Source: a virus (Duplodnaviria; Caudoviricetes). From it: a stretch of 34,948 bases of DNA. Under the pieces are notes generated by a model. The model was not told the origin of the DNA, made no database searches, and saw nothing but the letters and a program-made list of their open reading frames with translations. The position numbers were made by a program, and so were the translations under genes. Shown here in pieces: positions 9,671 to 18,155 of this stretch. Every line of letters begins with the position of its first letter. The first letter of the stretch is position 1. The stretch covers positions 1-34,948 of IMG/VR virus record IMGVR_UViG_3300017716_002237; one strand, written 5' to 3'.

Positions 9671-10378
9671 GAAGCAAAAGAAGCATTAAAATCAATCAGG
9701 GTGTTGCTAGGTCTGGAAGACAAGGCAACCCCGACAGCTAAGGCAGAACAAACCTTAGCAGACGGAACAACCGTTATCAGATATGACGAAAAGCTAGAGG
9801 AAGGTGTTGAAGTGTTTGTTGTTACTGCAGAAGGCGAGGTAGCTATACCTGATGGCCTACACGAACTAGCAGATGGAAGCACTTTTACAGCAGAATCAGG
9901 CAAGGTTAAGTCTGTAGAACCTAAAGAAGAGGAAACCCCTAAAAAGGTTGAAAAGACAGAGATGTCTTCTCAAGCTATTGAGGAAATCCTAGCCCTTAAA
10001 GATGGCTTCGCTGCTGGAACACCAGAAGAGCGTATAGCTAACTTGGAAATCGTTTGCAAAGCGTTGATGGAGTACTGCTACGGATGGCAAATGAGAGAGA
10101 AAGAGAACGAAGCTGCTAAACAGCAAGCTATCGACATTGCAACGCAGTTTGCGTCACTTGAAGCCGTTGTAAAGGCAGCTACCAAGGAGAACGAAACCAT
10201 TAGCACCAAGCACAAAGAGGCGTTTGCTCTTGTGGTTGGTATTGTAGAAAGCTTTTCTGGACTACCTAACGGCGAACCAGCTCAAAGGCCTGATTTTTCG
10301 TTTGGCCAGACGCAGGACAGCAAAGCAAAATCATTGGCTGACACAATCGAATCATTCAAAAAACTTAAAACTAAATAA
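9668..10378 (+). CDS. Capsid scaffolding protein (putative)
   Basis: Acidic 236-aa ORF with repeated LADG motifs between the protease and capsid genes. Confidence 0.65.
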   Translation: MEAKEALKSIRVLLGLEDKATPTAKAEQTLADGTTVIRYDEKLEEGVEVFVVTAEGEVAIPDGLHELADGSTFTAESGKVKSVEPKEEETPKKVEKTEMSSQAIEEILALKDGFAAGTPEERIANLEIVCKALMEYCYGWQMREKENEAAKQQAIDIATQFASLEAVVKAATKENETISTKHKEAFALVVGIVESFSGLPNGEPAQRPDFSFGQTQDSKAKSLADTIESFKKLKTK

Positions 10379-10380
10379 AA

Positions 10381-11352
10381 ATGGCGTACAACGTTGCTGC
10401 TCTCGCAGCCTACACTAAAACCAACGAGCGTGACTTAATTGCCAAAGCTCTGTTTCAAGCCAAGTCAATCAGCTTGGCCACCAAAATGCCTGATGTTAAA
10501 AGCACTGCGCAAGTTAACAAGATGGACACAGATGCTGTGTTTCAAGTTGACTCTTGCGGATTCAATAGCTCAGGTACTACCACTTTTACCAACAGGGTAA
10601 TTACTGTTGGAGCTATAAAAGTTAATGAGGCTCTTTGCCCTAAAACTTTGGAGACAAAGTATTTGCAGTTGGCTTTGCCTGCTGGTTCTAACTACGAAAG
10701 TGTTCCTTTCGAGCAACAATACACCGACCTAAAGGCTGGTATAATTGCTGAGCATTTAGAAACCGCTTTCTGGCAAGGTGACACTGGTTCTGGCAACGCA
10801 AACTTGAACAAGTTTGATGGTCTTATAAAGCTTATTGACGCTGCTTCTGATGAGATTGAGGCTAACGTAGCAATCTACATGGTTGGAGCGCCTATTACGG
10901 CAGCAACTGGCATCACTGCCAGCAACGCTATCGCAATTTTCCAAGGTATTTATAAGGCAATTCCAACATCGTTGTTGAAGAAGGCAGACCTTAAAGTATT
11001 CTGCGGTGTTGACGTGTTCAGGACTTATATCCTAGCATTGACCAACGCAAATTTGTTCCATTATACCACTGATGCCTCTGCTGGCACGTTCGAGATTATG
11101 ATTCCAGGAACTAATCTTACTATCGTTGCGGTAGACGGATTGAACGGAACAAATCGTATCTTTGCGTTGCAGACCTCAAATATGTTCTTTGGTACTGACA
11201 TGATGGCCGAAATTGGCGCTGATGGCGCTGATGTTAAGTTTGAAATGTTCTTCGCTAAAGAAGCAAACGAGGTTCGTTACCAAGCAGCTTTCAAGGCAGG
11301 TTCGCAGGTTGGAATCACTAACGAGATTGTTAAATTTACACTAGTGCCTTAG
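10381..11352 (+). CDS. Major capsid protein
   Basis: 323 aa, follows the protease and scaffold. Motifs KVNEALCPKTL, AFWQGD and FDGLIK resemble Bacteroidota phage HK97-fold capsids. Confidence 0.8.
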   Translation: MAYNVAALAAYTKTNERDLIAKALFQAKSISLATKMPDVKSTAQVNKMDTDAVFQVDSCGFNSSGTTTFTNRVITVGAIKVNEALCPKTLETKYLQLALPAGSNYESVPFEQQYTDLKAGIIAEHLETAFWQGDTGSGNANLNKFDGLIKLIDAASDEIEANVAIYMVGAPITAATGITASNAIAIFQGIYKAIPTSLLKKADLKVFCGVDVFRTYILALTNANLFHYTTDASAGTFEIMIPGTNLTIVAVDGLNGTNRIFALQTSNMFFGTDMMAEIGADGADVKFEMFFAKEANEVRYQAAFKAGSQVGITNEIVKFTLVP

Positions 11353-11381
11353 GCGCTAGTTAACCAATAAGGAGGAAGAAT

Positions 11382-11891
11382 ATGAGTTGCGCTATCACAG
11401 GTGGTTATGCATTGGACTGCAGAGATGCAATAGGTGGTTTGAGTGCTATTTATGTTGCCCAGTTTGACGCTACAAACGTCATTACTAAAGACGTAAATGG
11501 AGTCATTACAGCAATTGCTACAGCCTCGTTCAAGAAGTATGAACTAGAGCCAAGATTTGCGAATGGCTATGACGAAAACGCTAACTTGTCAGCGGAAAAT
11601 GGTACTGCTTTCTGGACACAGGAAACAACAACTCAGTTTGCAAAAATGAACGCTGTTAATCAGAAGTTGTTTGCTACTCTTGCTAAGAATCGTATGTTTG
11701 TAGTTGTCGAAACTAAGAACGGAGAGATTTTCTTGCAGGGTGAAGAGTTCGGTGCTATGCTTAGCACAAAGACAGGTACTACTGGCAAGAACATGGGTGA
11801 CTTCAACGGATACAACATAGTGTTTAATGCTATGGAGAGGAATCCAGCTAGCACGCTAGATGACATTGGGGCAATCACAGTTGCTCCATAA
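11382..11891 (+). CDS. Major tail tube protein (putative)
   Basis: 169 aa with MSCAITGGYALDCRDAIGG, ENGTAFWTQ and GDFNGY. Preceded by AGGAGG at 11370-11375. Confidence 0.65.
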   Translation: MSCAITGGYALDCRDAIGGLSAIYVAQFDATNVITKDVNGVITAIATASFKKYELEPRFANGYDENANLSAENGTAFWTQETTTQFAKMNAVNQKLFATLAKNRMFVVVETKNGEIFLQGEEFGAMLSTKTGTTGKNMGDFNGYNIVFNAMERNPASTLDDIGAITVAP

Positions 11892-11930
11892 CAAAGAGCC
11901 TTGTTTTTCATAGTGTTTGTTTGTTTTCTT

Positions 11931-11960
11931 GTGAGGCTGCCTTAGGGTGGCCTCACTTGT
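11931..11960 (+). terminator. Stem-loop / probable terminator after the capsid-tail tube operon
   Basis: gtgaggctgcc-tta-gggtggcctcac hairpin with G-U pairs, followed by ttgtt. Confidence 0.55.
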
Positions 11961-11978
11961 TATATAGCGCAACCAAAG

Positions 11979-11994
11979 TATATTTACGTTTATG
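11979..11994 (+). promoter_or_regulatory. Putative late promoter TATATTT-N6-ATG
   Basis: TATATTT at 11979-11985, ATG at 11992. Confidence 0.6.
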
Positions 11995-12393
11995 ATTCTT
12001 CTGGAAAACGGCACTAACATATTCGCTCTAACGCTCTCAGAGAAAACAACGATATCTGAGCCTACTTACTTGTTGTCATTTGAAAATCAAATGACAGGCG
12101 AGGTTATAAACTTTATAAGCTCTGACACATCTTCATACAAGAAGAGATATAACCTTCTAAGTGTTGAACTTGTAGCCGCAAAAGAAGATGAATCCCCTGT
12201 AGACGCTAAGATTTTCCTAGAAAAGACAGGCTATTACAACTACAAGGCCTATGCTCAAACAGACACAGGGAACCTAGACCCAGCACTAGCAAACGAATTG
12301 GTAGAGCAAGGTAAGGTTCTATATGGCTTTGAGCAAACCGCAACCCCTTCATTCAAGGCAGAAAGAGTACTAAAATCATATGGAAAACAATAA
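11992..12393 (+). CDS. Hypothetical virion protein
   Basis: 133-aa ORF overlapping the portal start. Confidence 0.65.
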   Translation: MILLENGTNIFALTLSEKTTISEPTYLLSFENQMTGEVINFISSDTSSYKKRYNLLSVELVAAKEDESPVDAKIFLEKTGYYNYKAYAQTDTGNLDPALANELVEQGKVLYGFEQTATPSFKAERVLKSYGKQ

Positions 12394-14410
12394 ACACGCA
12401 TTCTCAGTGGATATGGGCGGCTTCGTTAGTCAAAGCTTTGAGGCTAACTATAAAACTCCTTTGTTCATTAAGGAGAAATCCAAGGCTTACGTAAACTACG
12501 GGGAGGATAACCTTTACCCACAATACTTGGTAGAGATTTACAACCGCTCAGCAAAGCACAACGCTATCATACAAGGCAAGACAACTTTCATTCATGGTGG
12601 TGGTGTTAAGATTAAGCCAGAGAAGGGCGAAATTAAAGGCAAGCTAGCTGCGCAAAAGATGCTGGACACACCCAACGCATTTGAAACCTTAGATGAAATA
12701 TACAAGAAGCTCGTAGCTGACAAAGAATTGTATGGTGGATATGCTGTTCAGTTTGTTTGGAACATGTCTAGAGATGCTTGGAGTGAAGTTTACCATGTGG
12801 ATTTTGCTAAGCTTAGGGTTAGCGAAGATGGGAAGACAATTTTCTACTCAGAAGACTGGTCAGCATACAGGCCAAAGATTAAATCGTACCCAGCATTTAA
12901 TCCTAATAGCAAAACGGAAACGCAGATAATGTACTACAAGGAGTACAGACCTCACAGCAAGGTTTACCCACTTCCGACCTATGTAGGAGCTGTTCCGTAC
13001 ATTGAAGTGGACATAGAAATAGCAAGTTTCCACAGAAACAACCTTAAAAACGGCTTTTTCTTTGGTGGTATGGTGTCTTTCAACAATGGAGAACCTGAAA
13101 CCGCTGCTCAGAAAGACGAAATTGTCAAGAGTGTGACCAAGCGTCATCAAGGCAGTGAACAAACAGGCCGCTGGATAGTTACTTTCAATGATGGCAAGGA
13201 TAGAGCGCCAGAGGTTGACACCTTTGAACCAAGCGACTTGGATAAGCAGTTTGAAGCGCTCAACAAGCAGGTTCTAGAAGAGCTTTTTGTTGGTCACAGG
13301 GTTACAAGCCCTATGTTTTTTGGTATCAGAACCGCTGGGCAATTAGGAGGCAGAACAGAGATGGTAGAAAGCTTCAAGTTGTTTGAAAAGAACTATACCA
13401 AGCCTCAGCAAGACCATTTTGCAGGCCTGTTCAACTATATGGCCAAGATGAACGACGCTCCAGAGATATTCTACATAGAACCTTTGGATATGCCATCTCC
13501 AGAGCTGTCAGAAACTACAATGCTTGCAACGCTTAGCAAAGACGAGATAAGAGAAATGCTAGGTTATGCGCCTGTTGACACGTCAACCAACGCTCTAAAC
13601 GATAAGCTTAACACTTTAAGCCCACTTGTAGCTAACAACGTTCTAAGCAACCTTACCATTAATGAGAAGAGAAGCATCATAGGCCTGCCTGCGATTCCAG
13701 ATGGCGACAAATTGGAGCAGCAAATCGATACTACAAAAGACAAAGAGGTTGCGCAGCAAATGCAAAAGTTCTCTTTTACAGACCTGACTATAGACGAAGA
13801 GATAGCAATATTCTCTCAATTTGGCTCAGATGCTGCAGAATATGAGGAAGTGAAGTCCATTGGTCTTGCGTTTGGTGCTGTTGCTGATTCAGAAATCGAA
13901 AATGTTTTAGAAAGCGCAAGCGTTTTGCTTTTTGCTGACCAATACAAAGAGCTCGACGAAACCCAAAGAAAAGCTATTGAGTTTCTAAAGGCCAATCCTG
14001 AGGCAACCAAAAAGCAGTTGTCAACAGAACTTGGTTTAACCGACAAAGAGAGCGAAAAAGTTGTTAAGACCCTAGAGAAGGGTGAATACCTTAGCTACAA
14101 TAAGGGTGTATGGAACATAACGGCCTTGCCGCCAGCAAAAACTCTTGTTGACAAGATTATTGGAGAAGCAAAGAAGTTTGAGGTTAAGTACAGGTACAGT
14201 GGCGCAAAGGATTCCAAGAACAGAGACTTTTGCGCAGCGCTGCTAAAGCTCGAGAAGCTGTACTCTAAGGAGGAAATATCAACAATATCCAAAAGGGTTG
14301 GTAGGAATGTTTGGAGAACACGCGGTGGATGGCAGACCGTAGCTGGTACTGACACACACCTACCTTTCTGTCGTCACACATGGTTAAGCGTACTGGTAAA
14401 GAAAAAATAA
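12380..14410 (+). CDS. Portal protein with C-terminal extension (wHTH-like plus MuF-like Cys/His domain)
   Basis: Portal-type core (YGEDNLYPQYL, SAKHNAII, YPLPTY, HRVTSPMFFGI). The tail has an HTH-like segment and RDFC...GG...PFCRHTW. Confidence 0.8.
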   Translation: MENNKHAFSVDMGGFVSQSFEANYKTPLFIKEKSKAYVNYGEDNLYPQYLVEIYNRSAKHNAIIQGKTTFIHGGGVKIKPEKGEIKGKLAAQKMLDTPNAFETLDEIYKKLVADKELYGGYAVQFVWNMSRDAWSEVYHVDFAKLRVSEDGKTIFYSEDWSAYRPKIKSYPAFNPNSKTETQIMYYKEYRPHSKVYPLPTYVGAVPYIEVDIEIASFHRNNLKNGFFFGGMVSFNNGEPETAAQKDEIVKSVTKRHQGSEQTGRWIVTFNDGKDRAPEVDTFEPSDLDKQFEALNKQVLEELFVGHRVTSPMFFGIRTAGQLGGRTEMVESFKLFEKNYTKPQQDHFAGLFNYMAKMNDAPEIFYIEPLDMPSPELSETTMLATLSKDEIREMLGYAPVDTSTNALNDKLNTLSPLVANNVLSNLTINEKRSIIGLPAIPDGDKLEQQIDTTKDKEVAQQMQKFSFTDLTIDEEIAIFSQFGSDAAEYEEVKSIGLAFGAVADSEIENVLESASVLLFADQYKELDETQRKAIEFLKANPEATKKQLSTELGLTDKESEKVVKTLEKGEYLSYNKGVWNITALPPAKTLVDKIIGEAKKFEVKYRYSGAKDSKNRDFCAALLKLEKLYSKEEISTISKRVGRNVWRTRGGWQTVAGTDTHLPFCRHTWLSVLVKKK

Positions 14411-14411
14411 C

Positions 14412-14930
14412 ATGGTAAAAGCATTATTCATAGATGAAGAGGCCTTAAAGGCTGAGTCAATACTTAACGACAATATTGACCCGAAGTACTTGAAGTACGC
14501 AATAAAGGAAGTTCAAAGCGTTTTTATACTGCCATTAATCGGAACGGCTCTCAACAATGAGCTAGAAGACCAGATAGACGCAGCAAATGTTACTCCTGAT
14601 AACCAAGTCTTGCTTGAAGAGTACATACAACCATGCATGGTTAAGTACTCCATGTACGAACTAACCACCACGTTAAGCTACAAGTTTCAGAACAAAAACG
14701 TAGCCAACAAGAATAGCGAAAACAGCTCTCAGGCTGGCCTTGACGACTTGCGTTACTTGCAAAACAGGTTTAGAGAGCGTGCTGAGTGGTACGCCAAGAG
14801 GCTTGCAGATTTCCTTTGCGCTAACACCACTAAATACCCTAAGTACAAGAATCAGTCTGGCGAAGGAACTGATGCTATTGAGGCGTCTGAACCAAACTAC
14901 AACTGCGGAATGTACTTAGGCCAATACTAG
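14412..14930 (+). CDS. Head-tail adaptor protein (putative)
   Basis: 172-aa helical ORF directly after the portal gene (ILPLIGTAL, LLEEYIQP, YPKY). Confidence 0.55.
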   Translation: MVKALFIDEEALKAESILNDNIDPKYLKYAIKEVQSVFILPLIGTALNNELEDQIDAANVTPDNQVLLEEYIQPCMVKYSMYELTTTLSYKFQNKNVANKNSENSSQAGLDDLRYLQNRFRERAEWYAKRLADFLCANTTKYPKYKNQSGEGTDAIEASEPNYNCGMYLGQY

Positions 14931-14949
14931 AAAACAAAAACACGAGCGA

Positions 14950-15087
14950 ATGAGCAGACCTAAAGGAGTTAGAAATTCAGAGAACTTAGAAAAGCTACGA
15001 GCTTATATGAACAAAAATGGAAATAACACTAAATCAGCTACTATCAAAGTTGAACCAGCTTCAACAAAGCCACATACAGCTAAATGA
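14950..15087 (+). CDS. Small hypothetical protein (45 aa, not in ORF track)
   Basis: ATG 14950 to TGA 15087, MSRPKGVRNSENLEKLRAYM... It fills the intergenic gap and overlaps the next gene. Confidence 0.4.
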   Translation: MSRPKGVRNSENLEKLRAYMNKNGNNTKSATIKVEPASTKPHTAK

Positions 15088-15460
15088 CTACGAATTTGGT
15101 TCGCTTTCCAACTTTGGAGCTAGCAGAGCTATAAAGTACCCAATCATGTGGGTTGACGCGCAGCCAACTTCCTTTGCTGAAAGGCAGACAAGCATCTCTA
15201 TACAGGTTCTTATAGCTGACCTGATTATGAAAGGTCAGGAGAATGAAGCAGAAGTGCTAAGCGATACGCTTCAGATATTTAGCGACATAGTGTCAGCTCT
15301 GGTTCGTGAAAGCGTACTAGACTTTACTATAAACGAGAACCTGCAAGCAACACCTTTTGTAGATAGGTTTGATGACGAGGTTGGTGGGTGGGTGGCAACA
15401 CTAGTATTTCAAACGCCAAACCCTTACGATACTTGCGCTTTTCCAGAAAGGGAAGGCTAA
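15017..15460 (+). CDS. Tail terminator / completion protein (putative)
   Basis: 147-aa acidic ORF (YPIMWVD, TPFVDRFDDEVGGW) after the adaptor. Confidence 0.5.
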   Translation: MEITLNQLLSKLNQLQQSHIQLNDYEFGSLSNFGASRAIKYPIMWVDAQPTSFAERQTSISIQVLIADLIMKGQENEAEVLSDTLQIFSDIVSALVRESVLDFTINENLQATPFVDRFDDEVGGWVATLVFQTPNPYDTCAFPEREG

Positions 15461-15480
15461 GCAAAACACACCTACATTGA

Positions 15481-15496
15481 TATATTTGCTTGTATG
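15481..15496 (+). promoter_or_regulatory. Promoter TATATTTG (Bacteroidota -7 element), TATATTT-N6-ATG
   Basis: TATATTTG at 15481-15488, ATG at 15494. Confidence 0.6.
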
Positions 15497-15772
15497 ATGG
15501 ATTCTCAAAAGATGCTAGGAGGCAATGGTTGTAAACTAGTAAAGGTTGGTTCACCTCAAACTGATGGAAAGTTTTATGCTGTAGTGGTTAACGAAGACTG
15601 CGTTCTTTCTGTGCTAGAAACAGTAGGAGGAACAAACCTTATAGATGAATATGGTTTAGCAGCCGCTACATTAACGGCAGGCGCTTTTCTGCCTATGTTT
15701 AATGGCGACCCTATCAAGAAGGTAACGACTGCTAGCGGTACAGCTATAGCTTACGGCAAAAACTCAGACTAG
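15494..15772 (+). CDS. Hypothetical virion protein
   Basis: 92-aa beta-rich ORF following the promoter motif. Confidence 0.65.
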   Translation: MMDSQKMLGGNGCKLVKVGSPQTDGKFYAVVVNEDCVLSVLETVGGTNLIDEYGLAAATLTAGAFLPMFNGDPIKKVTTASGTAIAYGKNSD

Positions 15773-15773
15773 A

Positions 15774-15896
15774 ATGGTATATACAGGAACCAGAATTTGG
15801 CGCTCTATACGAGCAACTGCATCTGCAGCAGCTGGCTGGCTTTTGGGAGGCAATGCTGGCTCTCAGGTTTGGGGTTACAGAACTGAAAACATTTAA
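15774..15896 (+). CDS. Small hypothetical protein (40 aa, not in ORF track)
   Basis: MVYTGTRIWRSIRATASAAAGWLLGGNAGSQVWGYRTENI fills the gap between 15772 and 15899 almost exactly. Confidence 0.45.
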   Translation: MVYTGTRIWRSIRATASAAAGWLLGGNAGSQVWGYRTENI

Positions 15897-15898
15897 CT

Positions 15899-16696
15899 AT
15901 GATAGGACTAGGCATAGGCATACCATTTTCAAGGAGTAGCGGTGGAGGTAGCGGTTTTGACCCTGCTGCAAAAGCATATTTTGACGCAGTAGTTTCAGCA
16001 GGTGGAAGTCTGTCAGCCCTTGAAAAAACGGCGTATAATACATTTGTTTTAGCAGCCAAGTCAAAAGGATATTATAGCAAATTCAAAGCCTTATATCCTG
16101 TGTTGGGTGGTTCTGCAAGTAGTTGTAAATTCAACTCAATAGACCCTCGTAATTTAGATGCAGCTTATAGACTTTCATTCTTAGGCGGCTGGACATTTAG
16201 TGCAACAGGGATGCAAGGTAATGGAATTAACGGAACGGCTGATACTTTTTTAAATCCTTTTTCAGTTCTAACTTCAACATCATTACACATGATGTTTTAT
16301 TCAAGAACAATTGACGGAAATACCAACTTTGATGTTTGTGCTGGCGGACTTTTTTTTGTTGGAAATTTTGGAGGTACTTTTTACATTGACTTTGAAACAG
16401 GCGGCGGTTATGGCGCTTCGGCATCAACAAATAGTCAAGGCTTTCATTTAGGAAGTAGAATCAATGGAACAAATGTTAATGGCTATAAAAATGCAGCCAA
16501 AGTGATAAACAACTTCCCTCAGTCAGCAGCTTTACAAAACAGTAATGTTTTTATAGCTTCAAGAGGTGGAAGTGGTTTTGAAAGCAGTAGAGAGTATGCA
16601 GGAGTTTCAATCGGTGATGGGTTTACCGATACTGATGCATCAAATTATTATACCGATTTTCAAGCGATGCAAACAACTTTAGGAAGGAACGTATAA
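15899..16696 (+). CDS. Putative receptor-binding / tail fibre-like protein (lectin-like beta domain)
   Basis: G/S-rich linker after MIGLGIGIPF and a Gly/Ser/Asn/Phe-rich beta composition. Last large structural gene before the lysis cassette. Confidence 0.5.
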   Translation: MIGLGIGIPFSRSSGGGSGFDPAAKAYFDAVVSAGGSLSALEKTAYNTFVLAAKSKGYYSKFKALYPVLGGSASSCKFNSIDPRNLDAAYRLSFLGGWTFSATGMQGNGINGTADTFLNPFSVLTSTSLHMMFYSRTIDGNTNFDVCAGGLFFVGNFGGTFYIDFETGGGYGASASTNSQGFHLGSRINGTNVNGYKNAAKVINNFPQSAALQNSNVFIASRGGSGFESSREYAGVSIGDGFTDTDASNYYTDFQAMQTTLGRNV

Positions 16697-16893
16697 TGAA
16701 AGTAGCAAAATTAAATGTTAAGCAGAAAGATATTTTAATAGGCCAAGAAGTTGAGAGCGGAGTAAAGTTTAATCCTATTCAAGATTCAAGTAATGTTTGG
16801 GTAATTTCTTTAGAAGAAGTTGAGAAAGCAAATAGTGAGTGGGTAAAGGGATTACCTTTAATAAACTATAAACCAAAAAAAGTATTTATATAA
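16696..16893 (+). CDS. Small hypothetical protein (possible fibre accessory)
   Basis: 65 aa, TAATG-coupled to the upstream gene, motif FNPIQDSSNVWVIS. Confidence 0.6.
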   Translation: MKVAKLNVKQKDILIGQEVESGVKFNPIQDSSNVWVISLEEVEKANSEWVKGLPLINYKPKKVFI

Positions 16894-17060
16894 TGAAAAA
16901 TTCGATTTTACTGTTTGAAAATATGCTTGTATGGATAGGTGTAACAGCTTCTTATTTCTTAGCACTTCTACCAATCGTTCAAGTGTTTGCAGGATGCGCA
17001 GCTTTTATATTTTCGATTCTCTCAATAGCGAAGTTACTAAAAAACTGGGATAAGAAATGA
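16893..17060 (+). CDS. Small membrane protein, holin-like (55 aa, not in ORF track)
   Basis: MKNSILLFENMLVWIGVTASYFLALLPIVQVFAGCAAFIFSILSIAKLLKNWDKK. Coupled by TAATG and ATGA overlaps; hydrophobic with a basic C-terminus. Confidence 0.6.
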   Translation: MKNSILLFENMLVWIGVTASYFLALLPIVQVFAGCAAFIFSILSIAKLLKNWDKK

Positions 17061-17338
17061 TGTTTGATTACAAAAACTTTAATTGGCGAGAGGCTACAAG
17101 TAATGACAAGGGGCAAAGTAGCGCTGCATTGTTTATTTGCTTTTGGTTTGGATTATCACTTATTTTACTTACCATAATAGTAGGGGTTTTGATGTGCATT
17201 AACGCCTTTCACAAGATAGAAGTGGACTTTACTCCAGTGCTTACATTTGTAGGCTTACAAATGACAGCAGTATTAACGTATTTATTTGGCAGATTAAACA
17301 GTAACAACAAAGTAAAATTATCAAACGAAAATAACTAA
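17057..17338 (+). CDS. Holin-like membrane protein (2 predicted TM segments)
   Basis: Two long hydrophobic stretches, directly upstream of the lysin candidate. Confidence 0.55.
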   Translation: MMFDYKNFNWREATSNDKGQSSAALFICFWFGLSLILLTIIVGVLMCINAFHKIEVDFTPVLTFVGLQMTAVLTYLFGRLNSNNKVKLSNENN

Positions 17339-17349
17339 GTCAACTGTAA

Positions 17350-17757
17350 ATGAAAATTAAAGTAGTTAGAACAACGTTTACGGATAACTCAACCATTGGG
17401 GAGCTATTCGTAAATGGTGTTTTCGAGTGTTACACACTTGAAGACAAGGACAGAAAGCTAGAGAGTGGCGGCAAGAAAGTATATGCTAAGACAGCTATTG
17501 CCAGAGGTCTTTACACTTTGATTCTAAGCTTCAGTAGTAGGTTCCAAAAGCACTTGCCAGAGATACTTAACGTTGCTGACTTTGTTGGTATTCGCATGCA
17601 CTCAGGCAACAAACCAGAGGATTCGGAAGGGTGCATACTTGTAGGTAGCACCAAGTCTAAGGACTTCGTCGGAAACAGCCGCAACACAATGACAGCCCTG
17701 ATGACCAAAATCAAGGCAGTAGAAAAGAAAGAAAAAATAACAATCGAAATAGCATGA
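17350..17757 (+). CDS. Endolysin candidate, DUF5675 / L,D-peptidase-like
   Basis: Motifs STIGEL, CYTLED and GIRMHSGNKPEDSEGCILVG (His...Ser-x-Gly-Cys catalytic motif). Confidence 0.8.
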   Translation: MKIKVVRTTFTDNSTIGELFVNGVFECYTLEDKDRKLESGGKKVYAKTAIARGLYTLILSFSSRFQKHLPEILNVADFVGIRMHSGNKPEDSEGCILVGSTKSKDFVGNSRNTMTALMTKIKAVEKKEKITIEIA

Positions 17758-18155
17758 TACAATTCGCAATACTACTCTTGCTAGCATTTGTGCAGGCATT
17801 TACAGGTGGATACCTTAGGGGTTTATTTGAAGTGGTTATTTTATTTGACAGCGTAGATGACTGGTTAGGCTCTAAATGGTCTTTTAAGTTGTTCACCTCA
17901 GGCAAAGACAGGAACAGAGACGGCAGAACCTCCTTTTGGGAACTGAACTTTCCTAGCGACAGAGGTCACAGAGCGAAGTTAGTTGAACTTTTCTTGTATT
18001 CGGTAGCTATCTGCCTTGTTTCGCTGGCTGGAACCTTTTACACACCTCCTATTGCATTAATCGTGGCTTTACCATTCGTTTTCTGGTTGGTTATAAGTGC
18101 TGGTTTCTTGGCATCTTTCAACAAGTACAGGCACGCTAAAAAGCCTACAGAATGA
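17754..18155 (+). CDS. Membrane protein of the lysis cassette with an EF-hand-like loop
   Basis: About three hydrophobic segments and the loop DRNRDGRTSFWE. Confidence 0.6.
   Translation: MIQFAILLLLAFVQAFTGGYLRGLFEVVILFDSVDDWLGSKWSFKLFTSGKDRNRDGRTSFWELNFPSDRGHRAKLVELFLYSVAICLVSLAGTFYTPPIALIVALPFVFWLVISAGFLASFNKYRHAKKPTE

Noticed and set aside
15899-16696. Diversity-generating retroelement target
   Set aside because: No reverse transcriptase gene and no template-repeat copy of the 3' end were seen.
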